From the NCBI RefSeq assembly GCF_000195955.2, contig NC_000962.3, forward strand, positions 1,620,001-1,652,000: 32,000 bases of DNA, written 5' to 3'. Shown here piece after piece: positions 1 to 10,637 of this stretch (the first letter of the stretch is position 1; every line of letters starts with the position of its first letter). Source of the DNA: Mycobacterium tuberculosis H37Rv (GTDB lineage: Bacteria > Actinomycetota > Actinomycetes > Mycobacteriales > Mycobacteriaceae). The position numbers and the translations under genes were made by a program. A model generated the notes under the pieces. The model saw only the letters and a list, made by a program, of their open reading frames with translations. It was not told where the DNA came from and did not search any database.

Positions 1-2091
1 CGCGGCGCCGAAGAGTTCGTGGAGGTCAGCTGGGACGAGTTGATCGAGCTGCTGGCTTCCGAGCTGCGCCGTACCGTCGACCGCTACGGCAACGAGGCGA
101 TCTATGGCAGCTCCTACGGCTGGGCCAGCGCCGGACGGTTCCACCACGCGCAAAGCCAGGTGCACCGGTTCCTCAACATGCTCGGCGGGTACACCGCATC
201 CCGGCACAGCTACAGCGCCGGCGCGTCCGAAGTGATCTTCCCGCATATCGTCGGCGCGGCCCTGTTCGAAGCCCTGGCCGAGACCACGACCTGGGATGTC
301 ATCGTCGACCACACCGCGCTGTTGGTGGCGTTCGGCGGATTGCCGGTGAAGAACACCGCGGTGATGCCCGGCGGTACCACCGCTCATCCGGACCGCGACT
401 ACGTCGGCCGGTACCGGGCTCGCGGCGGTCGGCTGGTGTCGGTCAGCCCGCTACGTGACGACATCGCCGCGATCGCCGGTCCGCTCGACGATCGATGTCG
501 CTGGCTTGCGCCGGTGCCTGGCACCGATGTGGCGATCATGCTCGGGCTGGCATACGTGCTGGCCACCGAGTCGCTGGCCGATCGCGCGTTCCTTGGCAGG
601 TATTGCACCGGCTACGAACGCTTCGAGCGCTACCTGCTGGGCCTGGATGATGGGATTCCCAAGACACCCGAATGGGCCGCCGCGCTGTCCGGGCTCGCCG
701 CCGGCGATCTGCGAGATCTGGCCCGCCGGATGGCCGAGCACCGGACTCTGATCACCACCAGTCTGTCGTTACAGCGGATAGAGCACGGCGAGCAGACCGT
801 GTGGATGGCCGCGACCCTAGCGGCGATGCTGGGCCAGATCGGGCTTCCCGGAGGGGGTTTCGGTCACGGCTACAGCAGCAACGGCGTCGGCAACCCGCCG
901 TTGGCGTGCGGCCTGCCGGCATTGCCGCAAGGCAACAATCCGGTGTCGACGTTCATTCCGGTGGCGGCGATCAGTGAGCTGCTGCAGCGGCCCGGCCAGC
1001 GGCTGGCCTACAACGGCCGATTGCTGGAGCTGCCCGACATCAAGTGCGTCTACTGGGCCGGTGGAAATCCGTTCCACCACCACCAGAACCTGCCGCGGCT
1101 GCGTCGTGCACTGTCTCGGGTAGACACGATCGTGGTACACGAACAGTATTGGACCGCGATGGCCAAACACGCCGACATTGTGGTGCCAACCACCACCAGT
1201 TTCGAGCGCGACGACTTCGCCGCCAGCAAGACCAATCCCACCTTGATCGCAATGCCTGCGATGGTGCCGCCGTATGCCAACGCCCGCGACGACTACCACA
1301 CGTTCTCCGCGTTGGCCCACCGGCTGGGGTTCGGCAAGCAATTCACCGAGGGCCGCAGCGCGCGCGAGTGGCTCGAGCACATGTACGACAAGTGGTCGGC
1401 CGAGCTGGATTTCCCGGTGCCGTCATTCGCCGAATTCTGGCGGACCGGCCGGCTGGAACTACCGACCAGAACCGGTTTGACGTGGCTTGCCGATTTCCGG
1501 GCCGACCCGGCGGCCCATCCGTTGGGGACACCCAGCGGGCGGATCGAGATCTTCTCGGACACGGTCGACGCGTTTGCCTTGCCGGACTGTGCCGGGCACC
1601 CCACCTGGTATGAACCGTCCGAATGGCTAGGCGGGCCGCGGGCCGCGCGCTACCCGCTGCATCTGATCGCCAACCAGCCGCGGACCCGACTGCACAGCCA
1701 GCTCGATCACGGCGGCGCCAGCATGGCATCGAAAATCCGTGGACGAGAACCGATCCGGATTCACCCGGATGACGCCGCGGCCCGTGAGCTTACTGACGGC
1801 GACATCGTGCGCGTGTTCAACGACCGCGGCGCCTGCCTGGCGGGTGTGGTGATCGACGACGGGCTACGGCCCAAGGTGGTGCAACTGTCCACCGGTGCGT
1901 GGTTCGATCCCGCCGATCCGCGCGACCCGGACTCGATGTGTGTGCACGGCAATCCCAATGCGCTGAGCAACGATTCCGGCACGTCGTCACTGGCCCACGG
2001 CAGCACCGGCCAGCATGTCTTGGTCCAGATCGAGAGGTTCACTGGCGAACTGCCGCCGGTGCGCGCCCACGAGCCACCGCGGCTGGCTTAG
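1..2091 (+). CDS. bisC: Molybdopterin oxidoreductase / biotin sulfoxide reductase-like protein, 5'-truncated by window edge
   Basis: Frame is open from base 1 and ends at TAG 2089-2091. Protein has molybdopterin oxidoreductase features (YWAGGNPFHHHQNLPRLRRAL, VVHEQYWTAMAKHADIVVPTTTSFERDD, C-terminal MopB dinucleotide-binding-like region HPDDAAARELTDGDIVRVFNDRGAC). Confidence 0.9.
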   Translation, partial: RGAEEFVEVSWDELIELLASELRRTVDRYGNEAIYGSSYGWASAGRFHHAQSQVHRFLNMLGGYTASRHSYSAGASEVIFPHIVGAALFEALAETTTWDVIVDHTALLVAFGGLPVKNTAVMPGGTTAHPDRDYVGRYRARGGRLVSVSPLRDDIAAIAGPLDDRCRWLAPVPGTDVAIMLGLAYVLATESLADRAFLGRYCTGYERFERYLLGLDDGIPKTPEWAAALSGLAAGDLRDLARRMAEHRTLITTSLSLQRIEHGEQTVWMAATLAAMLGQIGLPGGGFGHGYSSNGVGNPPLACGLPALPQGNNPVSTFIPVAAISELLQRPGQRLAYNGRLLELPDIKCVYWAGGNPFHHHQNLPRLRRALSRVDTIVVHEQYWTAMAKHADIVVPTTTSFERDDFAASKTNPTLIAMPAMVPPYANARDDYHTFSALAHRLGFGKQFTEGRSAREWLEHMYDKWSAELDFPVPSFAEFWRTGRLELPTRTGLTWLADFRADPAAHPLGTPSGRIEIFSDTVDAFALPDCAGHPTWYEPSEWLGGPRAARYPLHLIANQPRTRLHSQLDHGGASMASKIRGREPIRIHPDDAAARELTDGDIVRVFNDRGACLAGVVIDDGLRPKVVQLSTGAWFDPADPRDPDSMCVHGNPNALSNDSGTSSLAHGSTGQHVLVQIERFTGELPPVRAHEPPRLA

Positions 2092-2206
2092 CGCCGGACG
2101 TCGACTTGTTGGGCGCGAAACGCCGCAATGGACCGAACGACTCGACGTAAGTGTGCCCTGCTGGTGTCGGCTCGAGTCGCAGCACGGGTGAGCACCACGT
2201 GCGCCA

Positions 2207-2692
2207 CTAGCCCTGAGCGAAGTGTCGCTGCAACCGCCGGTGCCGATGACCGAAGAGCGCGCGCAACCCTGCCGCGATGAGCGGCGCGGCAAACCTGAGT
2301 CCGGCACGCGTCTGGAACGTGATGCGGTCGCGGACAATCGTTTTCGTGTCACCCTCGGGCGTCACGGTGCGTTCGTGCTGCCATTGCCGCATGCTCAGCA
2401 TCGTCGAATCCTCGCGAAACCGCCGTCCCGGCTCGAGCTCGGCGATGCTGAGCCGGTCATAGTCGAATGGCAACACACCGAACAGTCGCAGCCAGGCACG
2501 TCCGATCGGCGCGCCGATCGGCACCGTGTCGACGGTCATCCCTTTCGCGCCGCGAGGCACCGACATCGTCATCCAGGGGCGCAACTCATCGTTGATGCCC
2601 TCCGGGGTGACGACCCGTTGCCACACCTGCTCGGCAGGTGCGGCGACGACGCTTTGCCGTTCAATGAGCACCGGTTCAGCGTATCCGACCAC
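2207..2692 (-). CDS. SRPBCC / polyketide cyclase-like small protein (Rv1443c-like)
   Basis: 161-aa ORF; N-terminus VLIERQSVVAAPAEQVWQRVVTPEGIN resembles the SRPBCC/START-like fold opening; coding direction consistent with codon structure. Confidence 0.65.
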   Translation of the reverse strand: MVGYAEPVLIERQSVVAAPAEQVWQRVVTPEGINDELRPWMTMSVPRGAKGMTVDTVPIGAPIGRAWLRLFGVLPFDYDRLSIAELEPGRRFREDSTMLSMRQWQHERTVTPEGDTKTIVRDRITFQTRAGLRFAAPLIAAGLRALFGHRHRRLQRHFAQG

Positions 2693-3123
2693 GCGGCGCG
2701 GTGGGGCTACGTCTCCCTCGCCTCGGTGGCTGCCTAAAGGCCGTTCCGTCCCGGGTTGAGTTCTGCGATGCAGAGGTGGCAGATCGTCAATGCGGGCGAG
2801 AATTTGTTCCGGCCTCTGTTGATGCGGGTGACATCGGAAGGTGTGGGTAAAGGGATCAGCCCGAGATCATGCAATCACTGTCCTGACAACCAGATTCAGC
2901 ACGGCCTGGTAATCGACAGGATTCTGGGACTATCAGACTCCAGCATCACGGTTCTCACCCGGGCCCAGGTCGAGGCGATGGTCGCGGCGCTGCCGCGAAG
3001 CTACTGATTCCGCGCAGCTGCTCTGTCAGGGCCGCTGACTTTTCTCTCGGTCATCGTGGTCGCAGGCGCCGCACTCGGTGTCTTCGGGTGGGGAAGCGCG
3101 ACCTCGAAGGCCACTGAAACGCC

Positions 3124-3267
3124 TTACGGAGACGCGACGAACCAAATGCCGACGAATACGGCGAGGCCGGTGGCTACCGGGAGCCTGCCACAGAGGATCG
3201 CCCAACCTGCCCAGATCGTTGCCTGGCCGAGGAACATCGGGTTCCGCGAGAACGCGTAGGGACCTCC
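3124..3267 (-). pseudogene. Fragment of an isoprenylcysteine carboxyl methyltransferase / phospholipid methyltransferase-like gene
   Basis: Manual translation of the minus strand gives GGPYAFSRNPMFLGQATIWAGWAILCGRLPVATGLAVFVGIWFVASP*, containing the family-typical GPY.(F/Y)(S/T)RNPM(F/Y)LG motif followed by hydrophobic helices. No full-length ORF surrounds it; N-terminal part absent. Confidence 0.55.
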
Positions 3268-3286
3268 AGCTCCTCGATGACCCGCC

Positions 3287-3697
3287 TCAGTTCGTCGGCT
3301 CGTGCACGGTCCGGTTTCGGAGCCGGTCCAACACGCCGCGAACCGCGTGCTCGGTGACCGACAGCGGTGACATCACCGTTTCGCCGAGGCTCACGATGTA
3401 GTCGATCCGATCGACGATGGCTTCCACCGGCTCGACCAACACGATGAGCCGTTTCGCGAGATCGTCCAGGCTGTGCAGGGTACCTTCGAGATGGTCCAGA
3501 CCGTCCTCCAAGCGCTCCACGGTGCTGTTCAGCTGTGACAGCGAGCTGTTCAGCTCGGCCATGGTCTTACCCAGACCGTCCAGGACGTCTTCGACCTGCT
3601 CCACCGTCTTGTCGGCGTTCAATGCGGCCTGGGTGAGGGTTTTCATTCGCCGTCGCACGGGCGCGGGGCGGCCGCTTCTGTCTGCCATGACGGTCAT
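3287..3697 (-). CDS. Small coiled-coil protein of unknown function (Rv1444c-like)
   Basis: 136-aa ORF rich in heptad-like repeats (KTVEQVEDVLDGLGKTMAELNSSLSQLNSTVERLEDGLDHLEGTLHSLDDLAKRL). Confidence 0.7.
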   Translation of the reverse strand: MTVMADRSGRPAPVRRRMKTLTQAALNADKTVEQVEDVLDGLGKTMAELNSSLSQLNSTVERLEDGLDHLEGTLHSLDDLAKRLIVLVEPVEAIVDRIDYIVSLGETVMSPLSVTEHAVRGVLDRLRNRTVHEPTN

Positions 3698-3713
3698 TAT
3701 GACCCTGACGCGG

Positions 3714-4457
3714 TTAACTCGGAAGCTTGGCGGCGGCGTCGCGGTCCAGCAGCCAGAGCGTGTTCTGACGCCCGACGGCCCCGGCCGCCGGTACCGAAAC
3801 CGGATCGGCGCCGCCGATGGCCGCGGCCACGGCGTCGGCCTTACCCGGCCCGGAAACCAGCAGCCACACCTCGCGGGAACGCTGAATCGCCGGCAGGGTC
3901 AAGGTGATTCGGCGTGGCGGCGGTTTCGGCGAGTCGTCGACCGCCACCACCATGCGGGTGCTCTCGAGGACGGCGGGGCTGTGCGGGAACAGCGAGTTAA
4001 TGTGGCCCTCGGGCCCCATGCCCAGCAGGTGGACGTCGAAATTCGGCGCCGGGTCACCTGGTGCGGCACTGGCGGCCAGCACCTGTTCGTAGGCCAGGGC
4101 CGCGGCGTCCAGATCGCCGCCGAAGTCACCATCACTGGCGGCCATCGGGTGCACCTGGTTCGATGGAATGTCGACGTGATTGAGCAACGCCCGCCGGGCC
4201 TGCTTGAGATTGCGCTCGTCATCGTCTTCGGGAACGTAGCGTTCGTCGCCCCAGAACAGGTGCACCTTGGACCATTCAATCTGCTGTGCTTGGGCGCTGA
4301 GGTAGCGCAGAAGCGCAATCCCGTTGCCGCCCCCGGTCAGCACGATCAGCGCCTGCCCTCTGGCCGCCACCGCGGCCCCGATGGCGCCAACCAAGCGCTT
4401 ACCCGCGGCCGCGACCAGAATGTCGCTATCGGGGAAGATCTCGATGCTACTGCTCAC
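3714..4457 (-). CDS. pgl: 6-phosphogluconolactonase
   Basis: 247 aa from GTG 4457 ([22 protein letters not shown]...); motifs [29 protein letters not shown] and [19 protein letters not shown]. The GTGA overlaps the opcA stop. Confidence 0.93.
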
Positions 4458-5365
4458 CGGTACTGCACCTTCTTGATTCCCTCGAGCGCGGCGCAGTAGA
4501 TTTCGTCGGGGTCCAGCCGGCGCAGGTCTTCGGCTAGGCACTCACCGGTTACCCTGCGCGCCAAAGGAACCAGAGCGTCGGGCTTGCCCGTCCGGGTCAG
4601 GGTGGCCGTGATTCCCTCCTGGGGACGGCTTAGCACGATGGTCTCGCTGTTGCGCACCAGCTCGACTTTGAGTTCGCCGACCGCCCGTCGCACCGGACCT
4701 TCGATCCGGCTGGCTAGCCAGCCGGCTAGGACGTCGAGCGCCGGTTCGGTCTTCAAGCCGGACACCAGCGCCGACTCGATCGGCTCGTGTCGCGGCTGGT
4801 CGACGGCCGACGTGAGCAGCGCACGCCAATAGGTGATGCGGCTCCAGGCCAGATCGGTGTCGCCGGCGCCGTAGCCGGCTAGCCGGCTCTTGATGGCCGA
4901 CAGCGGGTCGATTGCGTTGGTGGCGTCGGTGATGCGCCGAATTGCTAACTTGCCCAACGCATCCTGTGCTGGCACCGCCGGTGCGATGTCGGGCCACCAC
5001 GCCACCACCGGGATGTCGGGCAGCAGGAAGGGGATAACGACGCTGTCGGCGTGGCCGGCCAGTGGCCCGGACAGCCGCAGCACCACAAACTCGCCGGCGC
5101 CGGCGTCAGCGCCGACCCGCAGTTGTGCGTCCAGCCGCGGTCTGTCGGCGTACGGATCGCCCCGCATCGTTACGATGATGCGGCTGGGATGCTCATGGCT
5201 GGCGTCGTTGGCCGCCTCGATGGACTCTTCCAGCATGGCTTCGCTGTCCGGCGCAATGATGAGCGTGAGTACCCGGCCCATCGCGACGGCGCCGATCTTT
5301 TCGCGCAGCTCGTCGAGCTTCTTGTTGACCGCGGTGGTGGTGGTGTCGGGCAAGTCGACAATCAT
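4454..5365 (-). CDS. opcA: OXPP cycle protein OpcA (glucose-6-phosphate dehydrogenase assembly protein)
   Basis: 303-aa ORF between zwf and pgl; typical OpcA sequence ([29 protein letters not shown]). Confidence 0.93.
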
Positions 5366-5418
5366 CTGCGCCGCTCCTCCTCATCGCTTCGCTCTGCATC
5401 GTCGCCGGCGCGGATCAC
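5366..5418. repeat. Single 53-bp MIRU-type interspersed repeat unit between zwf2 and opcA
   Basis: tgcgccgctcctcctcatcgcttcgctctgcatcgtcgccggcgcggatcac (53-bp interval); nearly identical to both units at 24261-24366. Confidence 0.88.
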
Positions 5419-6962
5419 TATGGCCGCCGCCATTCCCGGCCGGTGCGGCGCAGCATCTCCAAGGATGATTCCGGACCCCAGGTACCTGCCTCGTAGGCGT
5501 CGGGCGTCCCGTGTGCCGCCCAATGTTCCAACGCTGGATCGAGGATCTCCCACGCCAGTTCGACCTCCGCGTTGACCGGAAACAGCGAGGGCTCGCCGAG
5601 CAGGACGTCGAGGATGAGCCGCTCGTAGGCCTCCGGTGAATCTTCGGCGAATGCCGAGCCGTAGGAGAAGTCCATGTTGACGTCGCGGACTTCCATGGCG
5701 GTGCCCGGCACCTTGGAGCCGAACCGCAATGTGACACCTTCGTCGGGCTGCACGCGGATGACCATCGCGTTGGTGCCCAGCTCGTCGGTCATGGTGGCGT
5801 CGAACGGCAGATGCGGCGCCCGCCTGAAGACCAGAGCGATCTCGGTCACCCGGCGGCCCAATCGTTTTCCCGTTCGCAGATAGAACGGCACGCCGGCCCA
5901 CCGGCGCGTATCGACTTCCAGGGTGATAGCGGCGAAGGTTTCGGTGGTGGAGTCCTCGGCGAACCCCTCCTCGTCGAGCAGCCCAACCACCTTCTCCCCG
6001 CCTTGCCAGCCGGCGGCGTACTGGCCGCGGCTGGTGGTCTGGTCGAGTGGCTCGGCAAGGCGGGTGGCCGAGAGCACCTTGATCTTCTCGGCCTGCAACG
6101 CTGCCGGGTGGAAGCTGACCGGCTCCTCCATCGCGGTCAGCGCCAGCAGCTGCATGAGATGGTTCTGGATGACATCGCGGGCCGCGCCGATGCCGTCGTA
6201 ATAGCCCGCGCGCCCGCCCAGGCCGATGTCTTCGGCCATGGTGATCTGTACGTGGTCGACGTAGTGCGCATTCCAGATCGGGTCGAACAGCTGGTTGGCG
6301 AACCGCAGCGCCAGGATGTTCTGCACCGTCTCTTTGCCCAGGTAGTGGTCGATGCGGAAGACCGCTTCCTCCGGGAAGACCGCGTTGACCGCCTTGTTCA
6401 GCTCGCGTGCGCTGGCCAGGTCGTGGCCGAACGGCTTCTCTATCACGACTCGGCTCCACCGGTCGCCTTGCGGGCGGGCCAGGCCGGACTTGTGCAGCTG
6501 CTCACACACCACCGGGAAGGATTTGGGCGGGATCGCCAGGTAGAAGGCGTGGTTGCCGCCGGTGCCGCGCTCGGCGTCGAGCTTCTCCAGCGTCTCGGCG
6601 AGTTGGGCGAACGCGTCGTCGTCGTCGAAAGTGCCTGGCACAAAACGGAATCCCTCGGCCAGCCGGTCCCAGTTCTGTTGCCGAAACGGTGTTCGGCAGT
6701 GCTCTTGGACGGCGTTGTACACCACTTGACCGAAATCCTGGGTGCTCCAGTCTCGGCGGGCAAACCCCACCAGCGAGAATGTGGGCGGCAGCAGGCCGCG
6801 GTTGGCCAAATCGTAGACGGCCGGCATCACCTTCTTGCGGGCCAGGTCGCCGGTGACGCCGAAAATCACCATGCCGCACGGGCCGGCGATTCTGGGTAAT
6901 CGCTTGTCCCGCTTGTCTCGTAGCGGGTTGCGCCACGACGCCGCGGCGTGGGCCGGTTTCAT
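5418..6962 (-). CDS. zwf2: Glucose-6-phosphate 1-dehydrogenase
   Basis: 514-aa ORF; [18 protein letters not shown] nucleotide-binding region and RIDHYLGKE active-site motif. Confidence 0.96.
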
Positions 6963-8080
6963 TGGGCAGCGGTGTCGAGATGCGCCCGGGTTTCCTGGAG
7001 TAGCTCGTTCCAGGAGGCCTCGAACTTCCGCACGCCTTCCTCCTCGAGGACGGCAAACACGTCGGTGAGGTCGATGCCGATCGCCCCCAGCTGGTCGAAC
7101 ACCGCCTGGGCATCGGATGCAGTTCCGGTGACCGTGTCGCCTTGGATCACGCCATGATCAGCGACGGCGTCAATTGTCTTTTCCGGCATAGTGTTCACGG
7201 TGTGTGGGGCGACCAACTCGGTGACGTAGAGGGTGTCCGAGTAATCGGGGTTCTTCACGCCGGTGGAAGCCCACAACGGGCGCTGGACCCGGGCGCCGTC
7301 GACCTTGAGGGACCGATAACGATCGCTGTCTTCGAAGACCTCCCGGTAGGTGGCATAGGCCAGGCGGGCATTGGCGACACCGGCCTGGCCGCGCAGTTCG
7401 AGCGCTTGCCGCGAGCCGATTCTGTCCAGCCGCTTGTCGATTTCGGTGTCCACCCGGGAGACGAAAAACGATGCCACCGAATGGATCTTGGACAGGCTGT
7501 GTCCGGCTTGCCGGGCCTTTTCCATCCCGGTCAGGTAGGCGTCCATCACCTCGCGGTACCGCTGCACGGAGAAGATCAGCGTAACGTTGACCGAAATCCC
7601 TTCCGCCAGAACGGCACTGATGGCGGGCAGACCGGCCTTAGTGGCCGGGATCTTGATGAAAAGGTTCGGCCGGTCGACGATCTTCCACAGCTCGATTGCC
7701 TGTTGGATCGTTTTTTCGGTTTCGTGTGCCAGCCGCGGGTCGACCTCGATCGACACCCGGCCGTCGACCCCGTCGGAGTCCTCCCACTGGGGGACCAGCA
7801 CGTCGCACGCGCTGCGCACGTCGTCAGTGGTGACGGTGCGGATGGTGGCATCCACGTCGGCGCCGCGCGCGGCCAGCTCGGCGATCTGGGCGTCGTAGGT
7901 GTGGCCCTCCGACAGCGCCTTCTGAAAGATCGACGGGTTGGTGGTCACCCCGACGACGCTCTTGGTGTCGATCAGCTCCTGCAGATTGCCCGAGCGCAGC
8001 CGGTCCCGCGACAGGTCATCCAGCCACACCGATACCCCCGCGGCGCTCAATGCGGCCAGGTTGGGGTTCTGAGCGGTCAT
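6959..8080 (-). CDS. tal: Transaldolase
   Basis: 373-aa ORF; [38 protein letters not shown]; ATGA overlap with zwf2. Confidence 0.96.
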
Positions 8081-8096
8081 CGGTAATCACCCTTCC

Positions 8097-10199
8097 TCAG
8101 TTATCCAGCGCTCGTTCGGCGGCGGCGGCCACGGCCTCGGCAGTGAAGCCGTACTCGCGGAACAAGGTCTTGTGGTCCGCGGATTCGCCGTAGTGCTCGA
8201 TCGAGACGATCTCGCCCGTGTCGCCAACCAGCTGGTGCCAGCATTGCGCGACGCCGGCTTCGACGGCCACCCGCGCCGACACCGTCGGGGGCAGCACCGC
8301 GTCGCGGTACTCGTAGGGTTGGGCCTCGAACCACTCCAGGCACGGCATCGACACCACCCGAGCGAGGATGTCGTTGTCCGCCAGCAACGTCTGCGCCGCG
8401 ACCGCCAGCTGCACCTCCGAGCCGGTGGCGATGAGAATGACGTCGGGTTCCTCGCCCGGTTGCAGACCACCGGCGTCACTCAGCACGTAACCGCCGCGGG
8501 CAACCCCCTCGGCGTCGGTGCCGTCCAGCACCGGCACACCCTGGCGGGTCAGGATCAACCCGACCGGCCCGCTGCCGTTGCGGCGGGCCAGGATCGTGCG
8601 CCAGGCGTAGGCTGTCTCGTTGGCATCTGCCGGGCGCACCACCGACAGCCGGGGGATCGCGCGCAGCGCCGAGAGGTGCTCGATCGGTTGATGGGTGGGC
8701 CCGTCTTCGCCGAGGCCGATCGAGTCGTGCGTCCAGACGTAGATGGTGTCGATGTCCATCAACGCCGCCAGCCGCACCGCCGGGCGCATGTAGTCGGAGA
8801 ACTGCAGGAAGGTGCCGCCGTAAGCCCGGGTGGGTCCGTGCAGCACGATGCCGGACAGGATGGCACCCATCGCGTGCTCGCGAACACCGAAGTGCAAGGT
8901 GCGACCATACCAGTGCGCGGTGTACTCCTTGGTGGAAATCGAGGGCGGGCCAAAGGAGTCGGCGCCCTTTATCGTTGTGTTGTTGCTGCCCGCCAGGTCG
9001 GCCGAACCGCCCCACAACTCGGGCAGTTTCGGCCCGAGCGCGGACAGCACCGCACCCGAGGCCGCACGGGTGGCCAGCGCCTTGGACCCCGGTTCCCAGT
9101 GGGGCAAGTCGGCGTCCCAGCCGTCGGGCAACTTCTGCGCGAGCAGCCGGTCCAGCAGCGCCTTGCGCTCGGGTTCACGCCGCGCCCAGGCATCGAATTC
9201 GAGCTGCCAGCGTTCGTGGGCCTGTTTGCCGCGGGCCACCAGCCCTCGGGTGTGGGTGAGGACGTCCTCGCGGACCTGGAACGTCTTGTCCGGATCGAAG
9301 CCGACGATCTTCTTGACTGCGGCCACCTCGTCGTCGCCCAGCGCCGCGCCGTGCGCCTTGCCGGTGTCCATCAGGTTCGGCGCCGGATAGCCGATGACGG
9401 TGCGCAGCGCGATGAACGAGGGCCGGTCGGTGACCGCCTGCGCATTGGCGATGGCCTCCTCGATGCCGACGACGTTCTCACCGCCCTCAACCTCTTGCAC
9501 GTGCCAGCCGTACGCGCGGTAGCGGGCCGCGGTGTCCTCACACAGCGCGATGTTGGTGTCGTCCTCGATCGAGATCTGGTTGCGGTCGTAGAACACGATG
9601 AGGTTGCCCAGTTGCTGGACCGCGGCCAGCGACGACGCCTCCGAGGTCACCCCTTCTTCGATGTCACCGTCGGAGGCGATGACATAGATGTAGTGGTCGA
9701 AGGGGCTGGCGCCCGGTTCGGCGTCCGGGTCGAACAGGCCGCGCTCGTAGCGCGAGGCCATCGCCATCCCGACCGCCGACGCCAGTCCCTGCCCCAGCGG
9801 GCCGGTGGTGATCTCAACGCCGGGGGTGTGGCGGAACTCCGGGTGTCCGGGGGTCTTGGATCCCCAGGTGCGCAACGACTCAATGTCGGACAGTTCCAGG
9901 CCGAAGCCGCCGAGGTAGAGCTGGATGTAGAGGGTCAGGCTGCTGTGCCCGGCCGACAAAACGAACCGATCGCGGCCCAGCCAGTGTGTGTCGCTGGGAT
10001 CGTGACGCATTGTCCGCTGAAACAGCGTGTAGGCCAACGGAGCCAGGCTCATCGCCGTTCCAGGATGACCGTTGCCGACCTTTTGGACGGCATCGGCGGC
10101 CAATACCCGGATGGTGTCGACGGCAGCCGAATCGATCTCGGTCCAGTAGTCGGGATGGCGCGGTCGGGTAAGCGCGGAGATCTCTTCGAGTGTGGTCAC
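8097..10199 (-). CDS. tkt: Transketolase
   Basis: 700 aa from GTG 10199 ([53 protein letters not shown]); TPP motif [16 protein letters not shown]. The ORF track shows an in-frame 25-aa N-terminal extension that does not look like transketolase. Confidence 0.95.
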   Translation of the reverse strand: MTTLEEISALTRPRHPDYWTEIDSAAVDTIRVLAADAVQKVGNGHPGTAMSLAPLAYTLFQRTMRHDPSDTHWLGRDRFVLSAGHSSLTLYIQLYLGGFGLELSDIESLRTWGSKTPGHPEFRHTPGVEITTGPLGQGLASAVGMAMASRYERGLFDPDAEPGASPFDHYIYVIASDGDIEEGVTSEASSLAAVQQLGNLIVFYDRNQISIEDDTNIALCEDTAARYRAYGWHVQEVEGGENVVGIEEAIANAQAVTDRPSFIALRTVIGYPAPNLMDTGKAHGAALGDDEVAAVKKIVGFDPDKTFQVREDVLTHTRGLVARGKQAHERWQLEFDAWARREPERKALLDRLLAQKLPDGWDADLPHWEPGSKALATRAASGAVLSALGPKLPELWGGSADLAGSNNTTIKGADSFGPPSISTKEYTAHWYGRTLHFGVREHAMGAILSGIVLHGPTRAYGGTFLQFSDYMRPAVRLAALMDIDTIYVWTHDSIGLGEDGPTHQPIEHLSALRAIPRLSVVRPADANETAYAWRTILARRNGSGPVGLILTRQGVPVLDGTDAEGVARGGYVLSDAGGLQPGEEPDVILIATGSEVQLAVAAQTLLADNDILARVVSMPCLEWFEAQPYEYRDAVLPPTVSARVAVEAGVAQCWHQLVGDTGEIVSIEHYGESADHKTLFREYGFTAEAVAAAAERALDN

Positions 10200-10334
10200 A
10201 AATTCAGTCCTCGAGTCAGCAAGATGATCAGTCCTCACCCTAGTGCGGGAATCCCGGCGCTTGCAGTGCCGCATATCCGGGTACCCATCCGGGCCCTGTG
10301 AAACGTAACCCGCGCGCTACCCACGCTTCGCATT

Positions 10335-10560
10335 CGGTGCCGATATGCCGAAAAATCACCGTCATCGACCCTGCGGCTCTGCTGCTGGGGCTACGTCGAA
10401 CACCGTACGTCGCAGAAGTGTGGTGCGGGTCGGGCGGCCGGCTTAATCGCGGTGATAATCGGTTGGTCGGCGATCACCGGCATCATCGGTTGGCCGGCGC
10501 TGGTGATGCTGTTCGCCGGGCCTCGCGTCGGCGAGCCGGGCAAGCCGGTGCGCCTGCCGA
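10335..10560 (+). pseudogene. Decayed, internally deleted duplicate of ctaB and its upstream region
   Basis: 10336-10388 (cggtgccgatatgccg...atcgaccctgcggctctgctgc) matches 14907-14958 upstream of ctaB. 10428-10516 encodes [21 protein letters not shown] versus Cta[22 protein letters not shown] (hand alignment, about 80% nucleotide identity). 10529-10560 (gcgagccgggcaagccggtgcgcctgcc) matches ctaB about 15846-15875. Confidence 0.8.
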
Positions 10561-10637
10561 TCCCATGGCGGGATGTTGGTGGGTACCGCCCGACCGGAAG
10601 AAGCATCGCGGCATGCCGGCGTGGCGAGCCTCGGGGT

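Noticed and set aside
5362-5599. ORF starts upstream of opcA reading through the MIRU
   Set aside because: Short ORFs here overlap the zwf2 3' end and repeat sequence; ATG 5365 with an upstream GAGGAGGAG is sufficient for opcA.
5811-6899. 362-aa plus-strand ORF opposite zwf2
   Set aside because: Shadow ORF of a well-supported G6PD gene.
7142-8086. 314-aa plus-strand ORF opposite transaldolase
   Set aside because: Shadow ORF of tal; no recognisable domain.
8172-10301. 709-aa plus-strand ORF opposite transketolase
   Set aside because: Antisense frame of a confidently identified tkt gene; low-complexity Arg/Gly/Val composition typical of shadow ORFs in GC-rich DNA.
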